The notes beneath the pieces are model-generated. The model was not told the origin of the DNA and made no database searches. It saw nothing but the letters and a program-made list of their open reading frames with translations. Position numbers and translations under genes: made by a program. 40,960 nucleotides of DNA from a virus (lineage: Duplodnaviria; Caudoviricetes): positions 1-40,960 of the IMG/VR virus record IMGVR_UViG_3300044728_000234; one strand, written 5' to 3'. Below, piece by piece: positions 25,909-34,500 of the stretch; the first letter of the stretch is position 1; each line of letters starts with the position of its first letter.

Positions 25909-26766
25909 ATGGCCCTCAGCGAAGAGCAGATCGAGAACAGACGCAAGTATATCGGCGGCAGCGATGCCAGGACGATATTGCAGGGCGACGCCGACGCATG
26001 GGCGATCCTGCGCGCCGAGAAGGTCGACGGCGTGCGCCCGATCTTCCCGCAGGCCCAGCAGCTTCTGATGGACATGGGCAGCGCGATCGAGCCGCTGACC
26101 CTGCGCGAGTTCGACAAGAAGGTGCCGCTGATGTTCGAGCCGCCGCCCCACATGGTGTGGAAGGAGGACCCGATCCTCGCCTTCAGCCCGGACGGCATCA
26201 CCGAGCAGGACAGGCTGGTCGTGCAGTGCAAATTCCACACCGGCGACCAGAACATCCTAGACCTTGCCGAGACCTACAAGGCCCAGCTGATCCACGAGAT
26301 GGTGTGCTCCAACACCAGCCGGATGTGGCTCGCCGTGATCTTCGGCCACTACGGGCGCTTCCAGCACATGGAAGTCAAGTTCGACGACGAGCTGGCCGAC
26401 GTCTACCTGCTGCGCGCCATGCAGTTCAAGGAGTACCTGCGCAGCGGCAGCCTGCCCGCCGGCATGGAGGCCACTGTCGTCCCCGAGCTCAAGGTCGAGC
26501 GCAAGCGTGACCATGTGTGGCCGACCGGGGACAACGAGGTCGCGCCGATCTGCCGCGAGATCATCGACAACATGACCCAGGCGACGATCTTCAACGAGTC
26601 GCTCGATGCCATCAAGAAGCTGATCAAGCGCAAGGAGTACGCCGACTGCGGCAGCCTCACCTGGAAGGATGCCGAGGGCTATGGCGTCACCTTCAAGGTC
26701 GACGGCCGCGGCGCGGTGCGATACCACCTCGCCTTCCCGGCACGGACCAAGAAGGCACGGGTGTGA
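25909..26766 (+). CDS. YqaJ / lambda-exonuclease-like protein, 285 aa
   Basis: RRKYIGGSDA, MGSAIEP, FSPDG, QCK, Y..QL.HEM. Confidence 0.85.
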   Translation: MALSEEQIENRRKYIGGSDARTILQGDADAWAILRAEKVDGVRPIFPQAQQLLMDMGSAIEPLTLREFDKKVPLMFEPPPHMVWKEDPILAFSPDGITEQDRLVVQCKFHTGDQNILDLAETYKAQLIHEMVCSNTSRMWLAVIFGHYGRFQHMEVKFDDELADVYLLRAMQFKEYLRSGSLPAGMEATVVPELKVERKRDHVWPTGDNEVAPICREIIDNMTQATIFNESLDAIKKLIKRKEYADCGSLTWKDAEGYGVTFKVDGRGAVRYHLAFPARTKKARV

Positions 26767-27008
26767 TCGACGCTTTCGCCCTCAGCGACCCACCGACCAT
26801 GCGCGAGCTCGCCGAGCTCGTCGACACGGTGATCAACCCTGGCCCGGGCGAACGCATGGAGGGCTTCCTGCTGATCAGGTTCCGGCACGGCGAGGTCAAC
26901 AAGCCTCGCTACATCACGAGCTGCCCGGCAGAGCAGACGAAGTACCTGCTCAGGCTGCTGCTGGCCCAACTCGAGGGACGCATCACCGGGGAGGAGGGCA
27001 ATGTCTGA
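26763..27008 (+). CDS. Hypothetical protein, 81 aa
   Basis: GTG start overlapping the exonuclease stop; GFLLIRF...YITS...LAQLEGR. Confidence 0.6.
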   Translation: MIDAFALSDPPTMRELAELVDTVINPGPGERMEGFLLIRFRHGEVNKPRYITSCPAEQTKYLLRLLLAQLEGRITGEEGNV

Positions 27009-27237
27009 AGACCTCGTCAAAAGACTGCGCAACGCTTCGGTATACGAGCAATACAAAGCCGTCCTGAGCGACCTCGGTGACGAGGCTGCCGACGAGATCG
27101 AGCGGCTGCGGGCCATCGTGAGTATAGGCATCGAGGTACGCACCCGTCAGACGGCCTACTTCAAGAGCCGCACGAAGGAGGACCTTATAGCCAGCAAACA
27201 AGCCGAGGATGCTTTTGATAAGGCCGCCAAGCCATGA
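27001..27237 (+). CDS. Small protein with EAADEIERLRA module, 78 aa
   Basis: GGAGG RBS; paralogous to the next gene. Confidence 0.7.
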   Translation: MSEDLVKRLRNASVYEQYKAVLSDLGDEAADEIERLRAIVSIGIEVRTRQTAYFKSRTKEDLIASKQAEDAFDKAAKP

Positions 27238-27479
27238 CCGACATCGTGGAACGTCTGCGCGGGTCGGCTAATGCGCTTCAAGAACATATAGACCGCCTGT
27301 GGCGTCCTGACATTGATAACATTCGCGAAGCCGCCGACGAGATCGAGCGGCTGCGGGCGGCGCTGCACGCAATAGCTGCGGGCAACGTGAAAGATGAAAT
27401 ACCAGAAGAAGATTTTGGGTGGCTAGCGGCTGAACTCCAGACCATGGCGAGACGCGCACTCGGAGAGAGCGAAGGATGA
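27234..27479 (+). CDS. Small protein with EAADEIERLRA module, 81 aa
   Basis: ATGA overlaps at both ends; MTDIVERLR start. Confidence 0.7.
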   Translation: MTDIVERLRGSANALQEHIDRLWRPDIDNIREAADEIERLRAALHAIAAGNVKDEIPEEDFGWLAAELQTMARRALGESEG

Positions 27480-27799
27480 CCCAGCACGACCTGTTCTGGA
27501 AGGGCTACACCGGCGAGCAGCTGAAGAAGGCGGCGCTCGACAAGTTCGAGCTGCACGAGACGGTCTGGCTGTCACGCGCCCGACTGGCGATGTGCAACCT
27601 GCTGTCCGATGGCCAGCGCGAGGTCTCGAGCGACGACGTGTGGCGCTACTGCCCGCCACCGGCCGACGCCCACCCGTCCTGCATGGGCTCGATCTTCAGG
27701 CAGCCCTGCTTCATCACCGTCGGCTGGATAGCCTCGACACGACCGAGTGCCCACGCACGGGTAATCCGTACCTACAGACTGAGAGGCGACAATGAGTGA
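27476..27799 (+). CDS. Hypothetical protein (possible winged helix), 107 aa
   Basis: VSSDDVW...MGSIF...STRPSAHARVIRTY; coupled overlaps. Confidence 0.7.
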   Translation: MTQHDLFWKGYTGEQLKKAALDKFELHETVWLSRARLAMCNLLSDGQREVSSDDVWRYCPPPADAHPSCMGSIFRQPCFITVGWIASTRPSAHARVIRTYRLRGDNE

Positions 27800-28514
27800 C
27801 GAGAACCCGCTGGTCGAGATCGAGAAGATCGCCGACAAGAACCTGTGGCTGTGGCGCCTCAACGAGACGACCCCGCCGTCAAAGACCAAGCCGGTGTCGT
27901 TCGGCCGCAAGTTCACCGCTACCGACACCTACTACCAGATCAAGCGGGCCACCGAGACGTTCGGCCCGGTTGGCATCGGCTGGGGCTGGGAGACCGAAGA
28001 CGAAGTTGTCACCGCCGAGGGCAAGGAGGGCAGCGTTTCCTTCGCCAAGTGCAAGGTTTCGCTGTGGTACCGTGACCCCAGAAACCCCGAGGTGATCTGC
28101 CGTCCCGGTCCCGTCATCGGGACCAACACCATGTTCCTCGGCGGCAAGCCGGACGACGACGCCTTCAAGAAGGCGACGACCGATGCCATCACCAAGAGCC
28201 TGTCCTATCTCGGGTTCAGTGCCGACATCTTCATGGGCCTGTACGACGACTCCAAGTACGTCGACAAGCTGCGCCAGCAGGAGAACACCAAGGCCGATGC
28301 CACCGGCAGCAAGCTCCCAGAGATCCTCACCAAGGCGATCGCCGAGCTGCCCAAGGCGCGTGACGTCAACGAGCTCGGCATCCTGTGGAAGTCGATCCAG
28401 CCCGACCTCAAGGCGCTCGACACCGCCCAGCTCGACTTCATGAAGGCGCGGTTTGCCAGGCGCAAGAGCCAGATGGCACCATCGCAGGATGATCCGTCCC
28501 CCGCGCAAGCCTAA
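27792..28514 (+). CDS. Rad52/Sak-like single-strand annealing protein, 240 aa
   Basis: ATETFGPVGIGWGWE; DDDAFKKATTDAITKSLSYLGFSADIF; near the YqaJ exonuclease. Confidence 0.8.
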   Translation: MSDENPLVEIEKIADKNLWLWRLNETTPPSKTKPVSFGRKFTATDTYYQIKRATETFGPVGIGWGWETEDEVVTAEGKEGSVSFAKCKVSLWYRDPRNPEVICRPGPVIGTNTMFLGGKPDDDAFKKATTDAITKSLSYLGFSADIFMGLYDDSKYVDKLRQQENTKADATGSKLPEILTKAIAELPKARDVNELGILWKSIQPDLKALDTAQLDFMKARFARRKSQMAPSQDDPSPAQA

Positions 28515-29103
28515 GCGACAGTACACCCGCCGCTGGTATCGCCAGTCAGGCAAACGGGTCGACCAGACAGGCGCCATCAACGGGCGCCTGCTCTGCATGG
28601 AATGGCTCGGCGTGTGGCGCGGCAAGCACTGGTGGCGGGCCATCTGCGACTGCGGCAAGGAGATCGAGACGCGCTGGCGCCGGGACATCAAGTCATGCGG
28701 CTGCCAGAAGGAGGAACAGGACCGCCTGCGCAACTTTGAGACACAGCGGTCGGACGGAAGGTGGGGGCTCAATAACGTGAAGAGGCTCAGACTGGCGGAC
28801 GGCACCTACACGACGATCAAGGAGCTCGCCGCGAAGCTCGGCGTCTCGATCTACACCATGCACAACAGGGTGAACCGCTGGCCGCAGGAACGCTGGCTCG
28901 AGCCGGTCAGGCCGGTTGGCCGCGGCAACTGGCGGCGCAGGAACCCGGTGCGGAAGGTCAAGACCGAATGGGCCACGAAGAAGAAGAGCCCTCACTCCTA
29001 TGCCAATCTCAAGCTCACCAGATCATCACCAGGAAAAGCGCCTGCACAAACAGGTGCATCACCGCCAGGATCAGAGCCAGACCCCACGCCGTCTGAGGCC
29101 TGA
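28489..29103 (+). CDS. Zn-ribbon + HTH DNA-binding protein (homing-endonuclease-associated modules), ~204 aa
   Basis: WRAICDCG...KSCGC; TIKELAAKLGVSIYTMHNRV; no HNH core seen; start uncertain. Confidence 0.6.
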   Translation: MIRPPRKPKRQYTRRWYRQSGKRVDQTGAINGRLLCMEWLGVWRGKHWWRAICDCGKEIETRWRRDIKSCGCQKEEQDRLRNFETQRSDGRWGLNNVKRLRLADGTYTTIKELAAKLGVSIYTMHNRVNRWPQERWLEPVRPVGRGNWRRRNPVRKVKTEWATKKKSPHSYANLKLTRSSPGKAPAQTGASPPGSEPDPTPSEA

Positions 29104-29158
29104 CTAGCACCACCACGATCGCGATCGTGAAGCAGATCAGGACCAGCCAGCGCAGCAT
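29015..29158 (-). CDS. Small two-TM protein (holin-like), 47 aa
   Basis: MLRWLVLICFTIAIVVVLVRPQTAWGLALILAVMHLFVQALFLVMIW; below the ORF-track cutoff; weak RBS. Confidence 0.45.
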   Translation of the reverse strand: MLRWLVLICFTIAIVVVLVRPQTAWGLALILAVMHLFVQALFLVMIW

Positions 29159-29171
29159 CTGCCGGCACGGC

Positions 29172-29288
29172 TCAGTCTTCGAGAAGGTGGATCGAGCAGA
29201 CGAAGTAGGCGTAGTCGGCTTCCCACAGTCCGAAGTATTTGTTCCTGCACGGGAAGCCGAGGATCATGGCGTGGTAGCGCGACAGCAT
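29172..29288 (-). CDS. Small hypothetical protein, 38 aa
   Basis: AGGAGG RBS overlapping the tailspike stop; MLSRYHAMILGFPCRNKYFGLWEADYAYFVCSIHLLED. Confidence 0.5.
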   Translation of the reverse strand: MLSRYHAMILGFPCRNKYFGLWEADYAYFVCSIHLLED

Positions 29289-29297
29289 GGCGTCCTC

Positions 29298-31559
29298 CTA
29301 TCCGACTTCGATCTCGCCGCTGATGGTGAGGGTAACGCCGTCAGCGCCGGGATACGTGCCGTCGTACTTGATGACGGAGAAGGAGTTCTGGCTGTAGTCG
29401 ATGACGCCGTAGCAGGCCACGCCGGTGCCGGAAATCTGTCCGGAGACCGTCTGGCGGGCGGCAGCACCCCATGAGCCGGGCAGCCTGACGATCAGGGCGC
29501 CGGCGGCGGTACCATTCGTGCCGATGTTCACCGTGGCCTGCACCTTCAGGCGCTTGCCGAACCAGCTGTAGCGTCCGCTCGACGTGTAGGAGGTAAGCGT
29601 GCCGCTCTGCGCCGTGACTGTCGGCGTGTAGGTCTGGATATAGCCTGGCGCGTTGCTCTGGATGGTCGTCGCGTTGGCCGGGCCGGTGATCTGATAGCCC
29701 ATGGTGGTGATGTCGGACAGCGACACCCACTCGTCGGCGTCGATCTTGATCAGATCGCCGGTGTTGGCGAAGTCGGAGCCCGAGATGTTCGAGAACATCG
29801 CCCGCGCCCCGCCAGTGACGTGGATCTTGGGCTTGGTGTAGTTCGGCGGCACCGGCGACGCCGCGCAGAGGATGTGCGCGTTGTTCAGCAGCAGCGTGGT
29901 ATTACCGCCGGCGCTGGCAGCGAGCTTGATGTGGGTGCGGTCCATGGTGTGGCTGGTGCTCATCATGTTGGTGATGTTCACGTTGACCACGCCAACCGAG
30001 GATGCACTGGCCGGAGCGCCCAGCCGGATCGCCTCGAGGCCGGCGCCCGGCCCCATGCTCAGGAAGCGCAGGTAGAGGCCGGTGAAGTTGACGTAGCACC
30101 AGCTCGTGTTGCTCTCCGACACGATGTCGATGACACGGTCGGTGACGTCGCCCGGCGTGACGTAGAGGTTGCTGACATTCCAGGTGCCCTGCGAGATCAC
30201 GATCCCCGAATCGTCGAGCATGATGTTGGTCAGGTTCCCCATGTAGTAGGCGACCGAGGGGGTGACCGAACCCTGGTGTATCCAGATCGCCCGCGGCATC
30301 TGGATGGCGAAGAAGTCGTTCAGCAGCAGGGTATCGCAGCGCCCGACCTCGAGGCCGATGGTCTGGCCATCCTTCATCACGTCGAACAGGTTGTTGTAGG
30401 GCGACTCCAGGCAGCCAAAGGCCCACAGATGGAAGCGGCTGAAGTGCATGACGTCGAGGACCTCGTCGATCTTGACCGAGGTGTGGAAGCATGAAGCTTC
30501 GAGGCCGTCGATGAAGCAGCCGCCCGTGCTGTAGCCGCCGCCGCACATGCTGATGCCCTTCCAGCCGCGCACGATGCGGATGTTCTGGATCACGGTGCGC
30601 GGGGCGGCGTCAGCCATGATCGCCCACGGGTACTGGATGACGCTGGCGCGCACCGAGACGTTGGGCTGGATGAACTCGATGGTGAAGTCCTTGAGCGTGC
30701 CGGGATTGCCGTCAGGCCAGTTGGGGGCAACCTCGGGGCCGATGCGAATCACCCCGGCTTCGAGCATGTTGAACGAGCCGTCGACGACGATGCGGCTGCA
30801 CATCTTGGTCTCGCCGAAGATGCCCGAACCGTTCGGCACGACCAGCATGCTGGTGACGAGGTAGCGGCCGCACGGCAGGAAGATGGCGTGGCCGGTGCCC
30901 AGTGCCGCTTGCAGGGCCTCGGTGTCGTCGGTGATGCCGTCACCGACAGCTCCCCAGTCGAGCACGTTGACGAGGCCCGACAGAGGGGTCGACGGGATGG
31001 TCGGAGGCTGCGCCTCGATCTCCTCGAGGGTGCGCGTCGACTGCGTCAGGTTGCCGGTGGCGTCCCACGCCAGCAGGCGGCCGCGCCGGGTGACTGCCGG
31101 GCTGGCAATGGTGTTGAAGCCGTCATGCGCCTCGGCCTCGGGGATCTTGAGCGCCTGCAGGTCGTTGGTCGCCTGGTCGGCCTCCTGCTCCTGCAGCACC
31201 ACGGTGATGCGGTTGAGCTCGGCGTTGAGCGCGAGCCGGCTGAAGAAGCCCTGCAGCGGGAAGTTCGACAGCCTCTCGATCGTCGTGCTGCCGTAGCGGG
31301 CGATGGTGGCGTTGGCGGTCGGCAGGACCAGGGTGATGGTGCCGCTCGAGAAGCTGCCGTCCTCGGTGGCCACGCCAACCAGCTCGTAGTCGGCGCCGCG
31401 CACCAGCACCTCGGCATGTCCCTGCCCGGTGAACTTGCGGGTGACCACCACGTCGGCCAGCGAGAAGAAGGGGAAGTCGACGGCAAACGGGCCGGTCGAT
31501 GGCGTGCTGCCGACATAGCTTGCGGTATAGCGGTCGTTGACCGGGATCGTCTGCTGCAT
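29298..31559 (-). CDS. Tailspike / tail fibre with beta-helix (pectate-lyase-like) domain, 753 aa
   Basis: T7 gp17-like N-terminus (FAVDFPF...ALNAELNRI...QE); VNVLDWGAVGDGITDDTEALQAAL; beta-helix-type repeats. Confidence 0.85.
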   Translation of the reverse strand: MQQTIPVNDRYTASYVGSTPSTGPFAVDFPFFSLADVVVTRKFTGQGHAEVLVRGADYELVGVATEDGSFSSGTITLVLPTANATIARYGSTTIERLSNFPLQGFFSRLALNAELNRITVVLQEQEADQATNDLQALKIPEAEAHDGFNTIASPAVTRRGRLLAWDATGNLTQSTRTLEEIEAQPPTIPSTPLSGLVNVLDWGAVGDGITDDTEALQAALGTGHAIFLPCGRYLVTSMLVVPNGSGIFGETKMCSRIVVDGSFNMLEAGVIRIGPEVAPNWPDGNPGTLKDFTIEFIQPNVSVRASVIQYPWAIMADAAPRTVIQNIRIVRGWKGISMCGGGYSTGGCFIDGLEASCFHTSVKIDEVLDVMHFSRFHLWAFGCLESPYNNLFDVMKDGQTIGLEVGRCDTLLLNDFFAIQMPRAIWIHQGSVTPSVAYYMGNLTNIMLDDSGIVISQGTWNVSNLYVTPGDVTDRVIDIVSESNTSWCYVNFTGLYLRFLSMGPGAGLEAIRLGAPASASSVGVVNVNITNMMSTSHTMDRTHIKLAASAGGNTTLLLNNAHILCAASPVPPNYTKPKIHVTGGARAMFSNISGSDFANTGDLIKIDADEWVSLSDITTMGYQITGPANATTIQSNAPGYIQTYTPTVTAQSGTLTSYTSSGRYSWFGKRLKVQATVNIGTNGTAAGALIVRLPGSWGAAARQTVSGQISGTGVACYGVIDYSQNSFSVIKYDGTYPGADGVTLTISGEIEVG

Positions 31560-31598
31560 GGCTCACCTCTCGTGTTACGAGGCTGGCTCTACCTCGTC

Positions 31599-34500
31599 CT
31601 ACAATCCTGCCGGCCTGCGCCGGGGCTCCTTGTTGACGCCAAAGACCGATGGCATCAACCCGTCCTTCTCCAACAGCATGTCCATCACCGGGTCCATGAA
31701 GGGATGGTTCTGGAGCGGCACGACATTGCGCCAGTCGCGGTAGGTCTGGGCTGTCGGATGGCCCGACAGCGCCGCGTTGGCGACGCTCAGGATCCTTGCC
31801 GCCTGCCCGGCTGCCGGCCCGCCCACCGCGCCGGCGACCTGGCTGAAGCGCGGCTGGACCGGCGAGGCGGCACCCATCATCGGCTTGATGCCAACCGAGT
31901 TGCCCGACAGCATGGTGACGGCGCGGTCGACGTCGCCGAACCAGCCGAGGATCGAGGAGCGGTCGACCGCATCGGCGATGATCGCCGGGAACGGCTTGTC
32001 GGTCGTGCTCTTGCCGTAGAACAGCTGGCTGCGGATCTCGTTCAGAATGGCGGCCGAGGCGACCATCATGCCGGCGCCGTACCAGAACTTCATGCCGTCC
32101 TCCTGCAGGCCCGACAGCAGCACCCGGTTCATCGCCCCGAAGGCGAAGTTCTTGTACTGGGTGAGCAGGCCGCCCAGCTCGGTCGACATGACGAGCGGCG
32201 TGTCGGCGATGCCGGGCGTTGGCACGGTGCGGTTGGTCATCTGGTTCATGCCGCCGCGATAGGCCTGCTGGGCCGCCTTGTCGCTCCACGCCTCGGAGTT
32301 GGCAATGATCAGGGTTTTGCCGCCGCTCGTGAACTCGTGCTTGTGGATCTTGAGCTGCAGACCGATGCGACGCGCCATTGCCTCGTCGATGCCGACGGCG
32401 GCAAAGCGGGCAAGGTCCTTGGCCGACAGCTTGCCGGTGAACTGCTGATCGCCGCGGGCGGCAACCTCGGCCTCGTGCTCGGCAATCTCCAGACGCAGGG
32501 CCTGGGCGCGGTCAAGCCTGGTGCCGATCTGGCGCGACCCGGTCAGGGCGGCAAGGTCCTGCTCGGCCTTGGCGATCGCTGCCTTCAGCTCGTCGTCTGC
32601 AAGCGTGGCAAAGCGCGGGTTGAGCCTGCTCGCATCCATGACGGTGCGGGTCTCGGTCAGGCCGAGGAAGACCTTGTTGACGCGCCCGCCGATGACAAGG
32701 CTGGCCAGCTCCTTGTCCATCTGGTTGACGTGGTTCAGGCCGTTGGCGACGAACATCCAGCTGTTGGCCTGGTTCATGCCGCGCTCGAAGGCAGTGCGGC
32801 CGGCGAAGATGTCGCCGTTGTCGGCAAAGCTCAGCGCTCGCGTGTTCAGCTGCAGCTCCATGCCAAGGCCGGTGTGCTCGAGCTCCTCGCGGTTGAGCCG
32901 CAGGATCAGCGCACGCTGCTCGTGCATCAGGGTACGCAGGCCGTAGCCGAAGAAGGCGTCGGCGCCCTCGGTGACCAGTGGCCGCACCAGGTCGCCCAGC
33001 GCGGTGATGCCCGACATGCCCATCAGGGTGAGGTTGTTGAACTGCTTGGCCATGCGGATAGTGCGGCTCTGCCAGCGCTGCGGGTCGGGGCTGGCGCCGT
33101 AGGTGCCGTAGAGGCGGTCGCGCATCGCCTGCACATCGGCGATCGCGCCCTTCATCATCGCCGTCAGCTCCTTGGCGCGCTCGGTCGGCTCGGTCGCTCC
33201 CTTGTTGGCGGCAATGATCTGCTGGCGATACTCCTGCTCGATCTCGGCGATCTCGTCGGCGAGGTCGAGGCTGCCGAACTTTGTCTTCATCTCGATTGCC
33301 GTGCCCATCTGCTTGATGTGATAGCGCATCAGCACCTCGGCGTCCTGCTCGAGGAACTCCTGGATCAGCTCGTGCGGGATGTTGAGGCTGCGGGCCTGCA
33401 CGCTCGACGGGTTGGCAACGCCATGAAACAGCGCCTTCTGGTCGCCGCGCTCGTAGATCGGGTTCTGCTTGGACAGCAGCGTGTGGATCTGCTTGGCGAT
33501 GCGCACGGCATCTTCCTGCGCGAGCTGGCCGCCGTTGAGAGCGTGCTGCGACTGCAGCCAGTCGCTGATCACGGTGACGAACTTCTCCTCGCCGTCCATC
33601 AGCTTGTCGACGCGGTAGACGGTTGGGCGGAAGGATGGCGCGCTGCCATTGAGCTGCGGGCCGTGCGCCTTGAGCTCGTCGAGCTGGTTCTGGGTCCGCC
33701 TGAACTTGTACTGGGCGTCCTCCATGCGGACCATCAGGGCTTCCTCGGCCTGGCGGATGCGTGCCGGGTCCCAGCGCTCGAAGGCCGCCTTGCGCTTGAT
33801 CTCGTCGGCTTCCTTCTTGATCGCCTTGACGCCTGCCTGCGCCAGGTCGATCGCCTCCTTGTAAGCCTCGTCGAACAGGCCAAGCTCGATCGCCTTCTCG
33901 CGCACGACATTGTAGAGGCGGCGATGCTCGGCGGCGGCGCGGGCAACGTAGGACGAGGCCTTGTCGCCGAAGTTGTCGACATCGGCACGGTCGAGCGCGA
34001 GACCGACGCGCTCCTTGAACTGGGCGAAGCTCAGGCCCTTCTCGCCGGTATGGACGACGTCCGAGATCGCAGTGCCGACCTGGGCGGCAACGCGGGCTGT
34101 GTCGCTGCGCCCGGCCACGCTGGGCGGCGCCGGCTGGCTGACATTGGCCAGCGCCCGCCGGTAGTCGATCCATGCGTCCTGCGTGGCGCGCTGGACCTGC
34201 ACCATCGGCCGGTTCCAGTTGACCTGGATCAGCACCTCGACCGGCTGGCCGACCTGGGAGAGGCCGAGCTGGTTGCCCTTGGTCTGCAGGCCCGAGGTCG
34301 AGACCAGCTTGGTGGTGGTGTCCATGGCGGCGATCGACTCGCCGCGGAAGATGCGGGAGACCGGGGTCAGGCCCCAGTTCTCGATGCCGAGACCCGATGG
34401 TGCCATGCGGCCCTGGTCGAGCAGCACCTGCCGCTGGTTGATCTGGCTGGCCGGGTTCTGCGCCGCGCCGACGCTGGACAGGCCGTCGACCTTGAAGGTC

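Noticed and set aside
29298-31559. Diversity-generating retroelement, given the BPP-1-like structural genes
   Set aside because: No reverse transcriptase ORF and no TR/VR pair differing at adenines seen
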